Virus record (IMG/VR): IMGVR_UViG_3300014790_000001
DNA from: a virus
DNA: 55,066 bases
Strand: one strand, 5' to 3'
This document shows, piece by piece, positions 24,432 to 33,018 of this stretch. Both the position numbers and the translations under genes were made by a program. The notes beneath the pieces were generated by a model, which worked only from the letters and a program-made list of their open reading frames with translations, had not been told where the DNA came from and made no database searches. The number at the start of each line of letters is the position of its first letter. Position 1 is the stretch's first letter.

Positions 24432-25040
24432 ATGAAAAATATTATTCAGATTATCAAAGATGCCGGTCTTGAAATTACAGACGAGCAGAAAAAGACAATC
24501 GAAGATTCAGTGAAAGAGAATTACAAAAGCGTATCTGACTATGAAAAGCAGACACGAAAAGTAGAAACTCTGACACAGGAACGTGACAACTTTAAAACAC
24601 AGTATGAAACAGCGAAAGAGACTTTGGACGGGTTCGAGGGAAAAGACTTCGATGCGATCACAAGAGAACGTGATGAGTGGAAGACGAAAGCTGAGAATGC
24701 AGAAAAAGAATGGAAAGACAAGCTTGATGCCAGTGAAAAAGAGTACAACCAGAAGATTGAAGAAAGAGACTTCAATGACGTTCTGACAAAGGCTCTTGCG
24801 GGCGAAAAATTCAGTTCTGATTTTGCCAAGACTGGCATTATCAACATGATTAAGGATAAAGGCCTGAAACGTGAGGGCGAAAAGATTCTTGGTCTTGATG
24901 ATTACATGAAAGAATTGAAAGAATCTCAGAAAGATGCTTTCGTGACGGATGGCAAGACACCGCCAGTATTCACTACACCTACAGAAAAAGGTGGAAGTGA
25001 ACCGAAAGCAGAGCCGTTTGTTCCTGGAACTGTTTGGTAA
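24432..25040 (+). CDS. scaffolding protein (phage GP20-like)
   Basis: Acidic coiled-coil protein immediately upstream of the capsid gene. GAGGAGG before the ATG. Confidence 0.7.
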   Translation: MKNIIQIIKDAGLEITDEQKKTIEDSVKENYKSVSDYEKQTRKVETLTQERDNFKTQYETAKETLDGFEGKDFDAITRERDEWKTKAENAEKEWKDKLDASEKEYNQKIEERDFNDVLTKALAGEKFSSDFAKTGIINMIKDKGLKREGEKILGLDDYMKELKESQKDAFVTDGKTPPVFTTPTEKGGSEPKAEPFVPGTVW

Positions 25041-25108
25041 AACCATACTGTTATCCGGCTATTGATAGAGGATAGTCGTTGACCTTAAAGAATTAAAGGA
25101 GAACAAAA

Positions 25109-25960
25109 ATGGCAGAAACAACAAGAATTACATCATTAAACATGTTACTTGACCCAACCGGAAAAATGCTTCTTGCAGAAGAGTACGGAAAGGTCATTGA
25201 AAACGTCCAGAAGAACACTATTTCTGGGAAAATGAAGAATACCGAACTTTCCGGTGATCCGTCAGCTGGAACCGTAGAAGCAAAAAGATTTGCAAATGCG
25301 ACATCTAAGAATTACGGAACTGCCAGAGGTGCAGCTAAAGGTGACGGAGTAAAAGGAAAGCCGGTTACGATTCCGATTAATGTAGATAAGGAAATTGTAG
25401 AAGAGGTTGAACAGAAAGATGTATCTCTTCTCGGAGTAGAGGGACTTATCGCAAAAAGAACAGCAAATCATGCACTTAGAATGATCGCAGAACTCGACAC
25501 TGAGTTCTTCAAAGTTGCCGGAACAGATGCGACTGAAGTTGATCTGACAGGTATTACAGCTATTGAGGAACAGGCTGAAACAATGATTCAGCAGTGCGAA
25601 ACTACCAAGAATGAATATGTGGACGGAGTACCACGTTCTATGATGAACATGATCTGTACACCGAAATTCTACGGAAAAATCCGCACATATCTGGACAAAG
25701 TTACAGTGCCGGGCGTTGGCGTGGCTGACGAAGAGTTCTACGCTTATCATGGCGTAAAAACATTCTCATGCGTGCACATGCCGACAGACGTTGATGTGAT
25801 CGTGATGGTGGATGGATCCATCGCACAGCCTGTTAAATCCACACCATACAGTGCTGAGAAGATTCCTCTTTCAGAAGCGTACGGTATCGAACTCTTCTAC
25901 CATTACGGAACAAAATCTGTAATGCCAGACCTTATCTTCAAAAACAAGAAAGGTGAGTAA
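25109..25960 (+). CDS. major capsid protein
   Basis: 283 aa, follows the scaffold gene, AAAGGAG before the ATG. Call rests on position and composition. Confidence 0.7.
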   Translation: MAETTRITSLNMLLDPTGKMLLAEEYGKVIENVQKNTISGKMKNTELSGDPSAGTVEAKRFANATSKNYGTARGAAKGDGVKGKPVTIPINVDKEIVEEVEQKDVSLLGVEGLIAKRTANHALRMIAELDTEFFKVAGTDATEVDLTGITAIEEQAETMIQQCETTKNEYVDGVPRSMMNMICTPKFYGKIRTYLDKVTVPGVGVADEEFYAYHGVKTFSCVHMPTDVDVIVMVDGSIAQPVKSTPYSAEKIPLSEAYGIELFYHYGTKSVMPDLIFKNKKGE

Positions 25961-25962
25961 GC

Positions 25963-26115
25963 ATGAGACGGTTTGAAGACTTGGAAACAGGAAGAATTTT
26001 ATCAACTGGGCATGAAACGAGTGCTCAGTTGATGGAGAACAATCCACAAAAATATAAAGAAATTTCAGTTGGAAAAACTAAAGCCAGATCAAATTCTAGT
26101 AAACAGGAAAATTAG
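25963..26115 (+). CDS. hypothetical mini-protein (50 aa)
   Basis: Hand-translated MRRFEDLETGRIL.... Fills the capsid-connector gap. Confidence 0.35.
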   Translation: MRRFEDLETGRILSTGHETSAQLMENNPQKYKEISVGKTKARSNSSKQEN

Positions 26116-26125
26116 GTGGAACACT

Positions 26126-26596
26126 ATGGCGTACACAGATTATAAGTTTTATACAAAAAAATTTTTTGGAAAAACAATTCCAGAAAGTGAATTTCGTGAA
26201 TATGCAGAGCGAGCCAGTGACTGCGTAGATAACTACACGATGGATCGTCTTGTCGATGGACTTCCAGAAAATGAGCGAGCAGAAATAAAAGTTCAAAAAG
26301 CTGTATGCGCAGTAGCTGATGCAATGTATAAGATAGATCAATCTAAAAAAGCTTCTATGGATGCCATAGGAACCATACAGAGAGAAGATGGGACGGTCGT
26401 AAATAAGACCGTCTCTTCTGTTTCTTCTGGAAATGAAAGCATATCTTACGCTAACGGGAACAGCCAGAGCAATCAGTATACCGTAGCAGCTACCGATGTG
26501 CAAGAAGAAAAAAGAACACTTCTTGAAGCAGCAGTCAGCTATCTTTTTAACGTTACCGATGATAACGGAGTGTACTTGCTATATAGAGGGATTTGA
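26126..26596 (+). CDS. head-tail connector (gp6-like) protein
   Basis: Position after the capsid gene. AGGTGG before ATG 26126. Family assignment is tentative. Confidence 0.55.
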   Translation: MAYTDYKFYTKKFFGKTIPESEFREYAERASDCVDNYTMDRLVDGLPENERAEIKVQKAVCAVADAMYKIDQSKKASMDAIGTIQREDGTVVNKTVSSVSSGNESISYANGNSQSNQYTVAATDVQEEKRTLLEAAVSYLFNVTDDNGVYLLYRGI

Positions 26597-26599
26597 ACA

Positions 26600-26737
26600 A
26601 TGGGAATTATTAAAAGATTATTTTGCAAACACAAAAAGAAAATCCATGCTGGAACGTATCTGGAAGATATCGGAAATGGGATAAAAGAAACAAGGCACAT
26701 ATGGAAGTGTGAAAAATGCGGTAAGAAGTTTTATTAA
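26600..26737 (+). CDS. small Cys-containing (zinc-ribbon-like) mini-protein (45 aa) inside the head-tail module
   Basis: Hand-translated ...FCKHK...WKCEKCGKKFY. Confidence 0.4.
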   Translation: MGIIKRLFCKHKKKIHAGTYLEDIGNGIKETRHIWKCEKCGKKFY

Positions 26738-26752
26738 CGAGAGGTGGTACCA

Positions 26753-27205
26753 ATGTATGACAAAACCATAACTGTATTCAACAAATATGTGAATCAAAAG
26801 GATGAAATATTTTGGTATCCGACCGTAATTAAAGGTGTTCAACTCATTGTTGATAAATCCGCAAACATCGAAAAGACAGGACTTGATACGGCTGACACGG
26901 CAACGCTCCATGTTCTGTATCGCATGGCATCCGATGAAAAAGTAGTAGCTGGCAAAAAGTATCTTGAGCCTAAAAAATGGGCGAAACAAATTAACGATAC
27001 GCTTGGACATACCGTCACATTTGCAAGCGGTGACTTTTTCATTGAAGGCGAACATGACGAAAAGATGATAGCAGACGAAGACTATCAGAGCCGGAGAGAC
27101 GGTGGCTTTTACGATTATATGAACAAAAATCACGACAATGTATTCTTAATCACCAATGTCGGAACATACACACTTATCCCACATTTTGAGATAGGGGGAA
27201 AGTAA
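26753..27205 (+). CDS. head-tail adaptor / head-closure protein
   Basis: Call by position. GAGAGGTGG before ATG 26753. Confidence 0.5.
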   Translation: MYDKTITVFNKYVNQKDEIFWYPTVIKGVQLIVDKSANIEKTGLDTADTATLHVLYRMASDEKVVAGKKYLEPKKWAKQINDTLGHTVTFASGDFFIEGEHDEKMIADEDYQSRRDGGFYDYMNKNHDNVFLITNVGTYTLIPHFEIGGK

Positions 27206-27664
27206 ATGGCACGTAGCAGAATGTTCCATTTTCCGAACATCTCGATAGTTGAAGCTGACATCAAAGTAAATGTGAACCTTGACCGATTCGAAAAGCAATT
27301 CCAAGATGCTCAACTTTGGTTAGATGAACAGGTATGGACAGGCACAAAAAAGTATATTCCACAAAGAGACGGGATGCTGATTGATACAACCAATACGCAG
27401 AACGAAGCCTTGAAAGGTAGTGGAAAGGTTTATGCCGGATATGGTCCTTACGCCAGATACCTGTACATGGGGAAAGTTATGGTAGACCCGGAAACAGGAT
27501 CACCGTGGGCGAGACCGGGGGCGAAAAAGGTGGTAACAGACCGTGATATTCAGTTCTCGAAAGTGCCAAATCCTTTTGCAACAGACCATTGGTTTGATTC
27601 TGCTAAAGATGAATTTGGTGATACATGGGTAAAAGGAGTGAAGAAACGTGCAGGCGGTGGATAG
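27206..27664 (+). CDS. minor capsid / head-tail joining protein
   Basis: ...YIPQRDGMLIDT...YAGYGPYARYLYMGKVMVDPETG... resembles the minor-capsid (neck) family of Gram-positive siphophages. Confidence 0.55.
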   Translation: MARSRMFHFPNISIVEADIKVNVNLDRFEKQFQDAQLWLDEQVWTGTKKYIPQRDGMLIDTTNTQNEALKGSGKVYAGYGPYARYLYMGKVMVDPETGSPWARPGAKKVVTDRDIQFSKVPNPFATDHWFDSAKDEFGDTWVKGVKKRAGGG

Positions 27665-28166
27665 TAAAAAAATAGTGAAATACGATGTTGACGGATACGA
27701 CATTGTAACAAATGCACTTAAAGATTTGCTGAATCAGTATCCGGGATTGGAAACCGGAGAAGTGTTTAAATTCTCCACACTCAAAGAAGATGACGGAATG
27801 GCATTCTATCCGGTATCAGGTGCGGTGATTGCACAGGAGAAAAAATCGGTAACAGGTAAGGTGAATCAGCTTTGTAACTACCCATTTTATATCGTGTACA
27901 GGACATCCCGTGATTCTCCGAATATGAAAGCGGATATCAAGGAATTTCTTGATAGTGTAGGTAAATGGCTGGAACGACAAACAGTCGTGATTGATGGCGA
28001 AAAGCATAGGCTTACATCTTACCCAACACTTACAGAAGAACGAAAAATAGAAGAGATTACAAGAATCACACCATCATACCTTGACAAAACTTACGAAAAC
28101 AATGTGCAAGACTGGGTGATTAGTATGTCTCTTAAATACAGAAATGTATTCATAAGAACTAATTAA
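27648..28166 (+). CDS. tail terminator / neck protein (by position)
   Basis: 172-codon ORF with a GTG start, immediately upstream of the major tail gene. Confidence 0.5.
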   Translation: MQAVDSKKIVKYDVDGYDIVTNALKDLLNQYPGLETGEVFKFSTLKEDDGMAFYPVSGAVIAQEKKSVTGKVNQLCNYPFYIVYRTSRDSPNMKADIKEFLDSVGKWLERQTVVIDGEKHRLTSYPTLTEERKIEEITRITPSYLDKTYENNVQDWVISMSLKYRNVFIRTN

Positions 28167-28230
28167 CCGGACATCAATTGGAGATGTTCGCTGACCGTAA
28201 AAAGTTAACGGTAGAAAGGACTATAATATG
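28161..28230 (+). repeat. intergenic two-hairpin RNA motif, copy A (upstream of the major tail gene)
   Basis: About 82 percent identical to 29817-29885. Every stem difference is compensatory or G-U to G-C. Confidence 0.8.
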
Positions 28231-28764
28231 GGAAATCTTAGTAGAGAAGCACTCGCGCATTACCTGGACTATAGTTTCAAACAGACAGAAGCAAGTGCTA
28301 CGTGGGAAATCCTTGGTGATGACATTGACGATATGTCGGTTGATCTGAACCCGGATACAGAGACAAAGAAGAACATTCTTGGTCAGACAAAAACAACAGA
28401 TAATGGATATGAACCGTCTATGGATGCAGATACATACTATGCAAACCCGGACAAAAAGCTGTATCCGAAGATTAGGGATATTGCAATGAAACGATTGAAA
28501 GGAGCAGACTGCAAAACACTTATGTTGGAAGTCCTTGTGGAAGATACAAGCGCAGAAAACCACCTTGCGTATGTCGAAGAGGTTATGGTAAAGCCTCAGT
28601 CTTATGGTGGAGATACATCTGGCGTAAACATTCCGTTCAAGGTGTCTTCCGATGGAAAGAGGACAGAGGGATATGTAAGTGCCACTTCGCTCGCTTCTGG
28701 AAACCCAGAATTTACAGCCGGAACAATCCCACATAGTCTTTCTACAGGAAAAGAAGTACTGTAA
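28228..28764 (+). CDS. major tail protein
   Basis: 178 aa, sits upstream of the chaperone pair and tape measure. Sequence type resembles siphovirus major tail proteins. Confidence 0.65.
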   Translation: MGNLSREALAHYLDYSFKQTEASATWEILGDDIDDMSVDLNPDTETKKNILGQTKTTDNGYEPSMDADTYYANPDKKLYPKIRDIAMKRLKGADCKTLMLEVLVEDTSAENHLAYVEEVMVKPQSYGGDTSGVNIPFKVSSDGKRTEGYVSATSLASGNPEFTAGTIPHSLSTGKEVL

Positions 28765-28788
28765 CGCTTTATTAACAGGAGGAATAAT

Positions 28789-29232
28789 ATGAGCAACAAG
28801 TTACCAAAAAAAAGAAATGATAGCGAACTGGTTATTAAGATAAATGATGGCCGAGTCAAAATTCCGATCAAAAACCAGTTTGGTGAAACTCTTGGAAGTA
28901 TAGTGTTCGCACCGACTGACACTAACATTGTTGACAGATACGAAGAAGTCGTTCGATTTTGGAAAAATTACAAGATGCCGGAAGATGACAGCATTGAAGC
29001 TGCCAGAAAAGCAGAAAAAGAAATTTCAGAGAAAATGTCTTATCTGATTAATGGAGATGCAGAAAAAGCATTTTTCCAGGTTCTCGGACCGTTTTCGCCA
29101 ATGGATGATGGAAGAATTTTCCTCGAAATTGTAATTGACAGTGTTGCAAAAGTCATTGAAACAAAACTGAACACAAACGTAACAAAGGTACAGCGCCGTG
29201 TAAATAAGTACGTGGCCAAGTACCATAACTAA
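28789..29232 (+). CDS. tail assembly chaperone (first of pair)
   Basis: Position between the major tail and tape-measure genes. Confidence 0.55.
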   Translation: MSNKLPKKRNDSELVIKINDGRVKIPIKNQFGETLGSIVFAPTDTNIVDRYEEVVRFWKNYKMPEDDSIEAARKAEKEISEKMSYLINGDAEKAFFQVLGPFSPMDDGRIFLEIVIDSVAKVIETKLNTNVTKVQRRVNKYVAKYHN

Positions 29233-29822
29233 TGGATGTCTGGAAACTTCCGAAATCCGTTAACGTAAACGGCAAAGAATATCGAATACGCTCAGATTAC
29301 AGAGCCGTGTTAGATATTCTTTGTGCTATTAATGATCCCGATATAGTAGCCGGAATGTCCGAAGAAGAAAAAAACTTGGAGATATACACAACGATTCTGG
29401 CTATATTCTACGAAGACTTTGATAATCTTCCAACGGAAGACTGGGAAGAAGCTTTAAAGACAGCGAAAGAGTTTATTGACTGCGGATTTAAGGAAGATAA
29501 GAAAAAACCGCAACTTATGGATTGGAAAAAAGATGCAAAGATTCTAATTCCGGCCATTAATAAAGTGGCACATGAGGATATTCGTGATAAAGAGTACTTA
29601 CATTGGTGGACGTTCATGGGACTTTTTATGGAGATTGGAGAATCTCTGTTCAGCACAATAACTAACATTCGTGAAAAAGTCTCAAAAGGGAAGAAATTGG
29701 ATAGTTGGGAAAAAGAATTCTATTCTAGCAACAAAGAACTTGTTGACCTTAAAGCGACACCAGAGCGAAGCGAAGAAGAAAAAAAAGAATTAAGAAGAGT
29801 ATTCGGACTCTTAAATAATTAA
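29232..29822 (+). CDS. Gp15-family tail assembly protein
   Basis: ...LPKSVNVNGKEYRIRSDYRAVLDIL... fits the Phage_Gp15 N-terminus. Has its own ATG overlapping the upstream TAA. Confidence 0.6.
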   Translation: MDVWKLPKSVNVNGKEYRIRSDYRAVLDILCAINDPDIVAGMSEEEKNLEIYTTILAIFYEDFDNLPTEDWEEALKTAKEFIDCGFKEDKKKPQLMDWKKDAKILIPAINKVAHEDIRDKEYLHWWTFMGLFMEIGESLFSTITNIREKVSKGKKLDSWEKEFYSSNKELVDLKATPERSEEEKKELRRVFGLLNN

Positions 29823-29885
29823 CCGGGTATCATGTGGAGATACCCGCTGACCGCAAATATTTAGCGGTAGAAAGGACAATACATG
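29817..29885 (+). repeat. intergenic two-hairpin RNA motif, copy B (upstream of the tape-measure gene)
   Basis: See copy A. Same AATTAACCGG start and the same GGTAGAAAGGAC SD context. Confidence 0.8.
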
Positions 29886-32639
29886 ACAGAAGATGGAAGT
29901 ATTGTTATTAACACAAAAATCAGAACTGATGGTATAAAGGCGGGTTCACAAGAAATTGAAGCCGGATTGCGAAGAGCAGCAGACAGGGTGGATAATTTGG
30001 GAACGTCTGCAAAAAACGCCATCAACAAGCAAATAGATGCTTTTGCAAAACTGAATAACGAATACAGCGCACAAGAACAAAAGGTAGAATCGTTACGGCA
30101 AAAGGTAGCATCCTATGCAAATCAGCGCATCCCAACCACGGAATACAAGGAAATATCCGACCAAATTTCAAAAGCAGAAGCAAAACTCAATCAGCTTATG
30201 TCATCACAGGAACGTTTTGTAGCAAACGGAGGGAAAAAGAACACTTCGACTTATAAAAAAATGCAGTATGACATAGATGAACTTGCAAACACTATTAAAT
30301 ACGCAAGGTCGGAGCTTATTGATCTGGAAGTTTCTGGAAAAGCCTTTTCGACTGGTGTGAACACCAAAGAAGCACAGGCAGACATGGAAAGACTTGCGAC
30401 CGCAGAAAGAAAACTTGCTGATATGCAGAACCGATTAAACACATCGTATTCTGGCATTAAAAGCAAACTTGCAAGTTACGGTACTGGTTTGGTCTCTTTG
30501 AAGGAGAAACTTTTTGGTGTAAACAGTGCGAATAACAAAACAGCGAATTCAAATTCAAAATTAAGCAAATCCTTTAAAGATACAAGTAAATCAGCCGGAT
30601 CAGCAAGAATGAGTATCGGAAGAATGCTTACGATGTCTGTGTTGTTTAGCAGTGTTTTTCGAATTCTTAGTGCTCTTACACAAGGAATAATAGGTGGATT
30701 CAATAATCTCGCTCAATATTCCAAAACCACAAACGCAAATATATCTACTTTGTGGGGGAGCCTTATCAGATTGCAAAATGCATTTGCTACAGCTTTCAGT
30801 CCGATTCTGGAAGTTGTGACACCGATACTGTCACGATTCATTGACCTTATCAGTACAGCCATAACCTATGTAGGAATGTTTTTCGGGTATCTTGCCGGGA
30901 ATAAAACATACACAAAGGCACTGGCAGTACAAAAAAATTATGCTGCCAGTCTGGACAAGACCGCCAAGTCTACGAAGAAAGCCACAAAAGCAGCGAAAGA
31001 CTACCTGTCACCGCTCGATGAAATTAATCGGTACACAACAAATAAGGATACCGACACAACACCGTCTGGATCCGATGTAAACGGAACACCGATCAGCAAA
31101 ATGTTTGAAGAAGTTCCAATAGATGCACCGCCGATTTTCGAAAAAATCAAGGATGTACTGGGGCAGATATTCCAACCGTTCAAAGAAGCGTGGGAGCGTG
31201 AGGGAAAGAACACAATTGATGCTGCTAAGTATGCATTATCGGAGCTTGGAGCACTTGCAAAGAGTGTCGGCAGTAGTATGTTGGAAGTCTGGACGAATGG
31301 TACAGGCACACAGATACTGTCTACCATGTTACAGATCGCACAGGGACTGCTTACAACGGTCGGGAATATCGCAAGGCAATTAGATATAGCTTGGAATAAA
31401 AATGCCGTAGGAACGGCCATTATACAGGCTATAGCAGATGCTTTCCAAAAGGTACTTGATATCATCAATCGTCTTGTGTGGGATACGGCTCAGTGGGCGG
31501 GATCGTTGAACTTTTACCCGTTACTTAATTCGATTAAGAATCTGTTTGAATCTATGTCACCGCTGATAGAAGCTATTGGAAGTTTCTTAGAAAGATTGTA
31601 TACGAACATTATATTGCCGATGCTTACATGGCTGATAGAGAGCGGCCTTCCGGCACTTATTAATGTACTTGCTGGCTTGTTTAATTTCCTCGGTGAACAT
31701 CAGTGGATTGTTGATGCCATTGGGACAGCATTAGTTACAGCGTTTGCTACATCAAAGATAGTTCCTTTAATTGCAACTATATCAAGCGCAGTTCTTGGAT
31801 TTGCTGGACACATAGGAACATTAATTGACATTCTAAAAGGCGGTGGTGGATTAATTGGCGTTATCGGTCAAGTAGTTTCTACGTTTGGCATTGTTCCTAT
31901 TGCAATAGCAACAGCAATAGCAGCAATCATATTAATAGCTACTCACTGGAATCAACTTAAAGCTGTAATGCTGAAGCTTATGGACTGGATAAAAGGAGTA
32001 TTTGCCACTGACTGGCACGCTCAATTCGGAGTATTTGGAGATGTAGTAGAAGTTTTTCTTAACAGCTTTAAAGGGATTTTTAACAGCATTAAACAGATCT
32101 GCTCTGGGTTTGTCACATTTTTAAAAGGAGTATTTACAGGGAATGTAAATATGGCGCTAAAAGGAATACTAAACATACTCCGTGGAGCTGCTAACTTAAT
32201 CTACTCAATTTTTAAAGCACCTGTAAATATGGTTATCGCTTTATTTAATGGATTGAATCAAGCAATCATTAATGCCATTAATGGATTAGTGGACGGACTG
32301 AATCACATTAAAGTACCGGATTGGGTTCCAGGTATCGGCGGTAAAGGAATTAATCTTTCCCATGCAAATTACACCAGAATTCCATATCTTGCACAAGGGG
32401 CAGTTATTCCGGCCGGAAATCCGTTCTTGGCGGTTCTTGGTGACCAGACAAAGGGAAACAACTTGGAGATGCCGGAAAATCTGTTAAGAAAAATCGTAAG
32501 TGAAGAAAGTGGCAAAGGTACAGGAATGATAAAACTTGTGGTAAATCTGGACAGCAGAACGGTACTTGAACAGCTTATTAATACAGCAAAAGAAATGCAG
32601 ATGTCCAACGGACAGAATGTATTCGAACTTGGGAGGTAG
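29883..32639 (+). CDS. tape measure protein
   Basis: 918 aa with a coiled-coil N-terminus and a long hydrophobic/Gly-rich centre. Canonical position. Confidence 0.88.
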   Translation: MTEDGSIVINTKIRTDGIKAGSQEIEAGLRRAADRVDNLGTSAKNAINKQIDAFAKLNNEYSAQEQKVESLRQKVASYANQRIPTTEYKEISDQISKAEAKLNQLMSSQERFVANGGKKNTSTYKKMQYDIDELANTIKYARSELIDLEVSGKAFSTGVNTKEAQADMERLATAERKLADMQNRLNTSYSGIKSKLASYGTGLVSLKEKLFGVNSANNKTANSNSKLSKSFKDTSKSAGSARMSIGRMLTMSVLFSSVFRILSALTQGIIGGFNNLAQYSKTTNANISTLWGSLIRLQNAFATAFSPILEVVTPILSRFIDLISTAITYVGMFFGYLAGNKTYTKALAVQKNYAASLDKTAKSTKKATKAAKDYLSPLDEINRYTTNKDTDTTPSGSDVNGTPISKMFEEVPIDAPPIFEKIKDVLGQIFQPFKEAWEREGKNTIDAAKYALSELGALAKSVGSSMLEVWTNGTGTQILSTMLQIAQGLLTTVGNIARQLDIAWNKNAVGTAIIQAIADAFQKVLDIINRLVWDTAQWAGSLNFYPLLNSIKNLFESMSPLIEAIGSFLERLYTNIILPMLTWLIESGLPALINVLAGLFNFLGEHQWIVDAIGTALVTAFATSKIVPLIATISSAVLGFAGHIGTLIDILKGGGGLIGVIGQVVSTFGIVPIAIATAIAAIILIATHWNQLKAVMLKLMDWIKGVFATDWHAQFGVFGDVVEVFLNSFKGIFNSIKQICSGFVTFLKGVFTGNVNMALKGILNILRGAANLIYSIFKAPVNMVIALFNGLNQAIINAINGLVDGLNHIKVPDWVPGIGGKGINLSHANYTRIPYLAQGAVIPAGNPFLAVLGDQTKGNNLEMPENLLRKIVSEESGKGTGMIKLVVNLDSRTVLEQLINTAKEMQMSNGQNVFELGR

Positions 32640-32643
32640 GTAA

Positions 32644-33018
32644 ATGGCACAGCAAGTGATTAAGATTAATGGTCGGACTATTCATCAGCCAGACACATTC
32701 AAATTCAGTTTTGCCACTACCTCTACAGAGGGAACAGAGCGATTAATGAGTGGCGTTATGTGCAATGAACCGATGTTCACGGTAGAATCTTACGCTTATG
32801 AGGGAAGTGACATAAGTATATCGGAAATGGCAAACCTTTTGCAGATGATTGTAAATCAGAGACAGGTGCAACTATATTATTTTTCCGTGTATTACGGAAG
32901 ATGGAGAGAAGCACCGTTTTACGTCACACAAGGAAGTGTAGATATCGGGACATTAAAAGAGGGAGAAGAAAAGTACAAATCCCTTAGTTTTAACATAATC
33001 GGGGTGAATCCACTATGA
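32644..33018 (+). CDS. distal tail protein-like (short)
   Basis: Position directly after the tape measure. Only 124 aa. Confidence 0.4.
   Translation: MAQQVIKINGRTIHQPDTFKFSFATTSTEGTERLMSGVMCNEPMFTVESYAYEGSDISISEMANLLQMIVNQRQVQLYYFSVYYGRWREAPFYVTQGSVDIGTLKEGEEKYKSLSFNIIGVNPL

Noticed and set aside
28192-28227. CTGACC...TATAAT inside repeat copy A as a promoter for the major tail gene
   Set aside because: The spacer is about 25 nt. The TATAAT abuts the ATG, and copy B lacks it. The covariation pattern points to RNA structure instead.
28789-29822. Canonical G/GT -1 programmed frameshift in the tail chaperone pair
   Set aside because: The downstream frame is closed by a TAA two codons before its ATG (29226-29228), so there is no overlap window for a fusion. 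The second ORF has its own ATG overlapping the upstream stop. No slippery heptamer was seen.
30892-31383. Small ORFs (30892-31080 and 31123-31383) inside the tape-measure gene
   Set aside because: They are embedded off-frame in a 918-aa ORF with the characteristic tape-measure architecture, and they lack independent translation signals.
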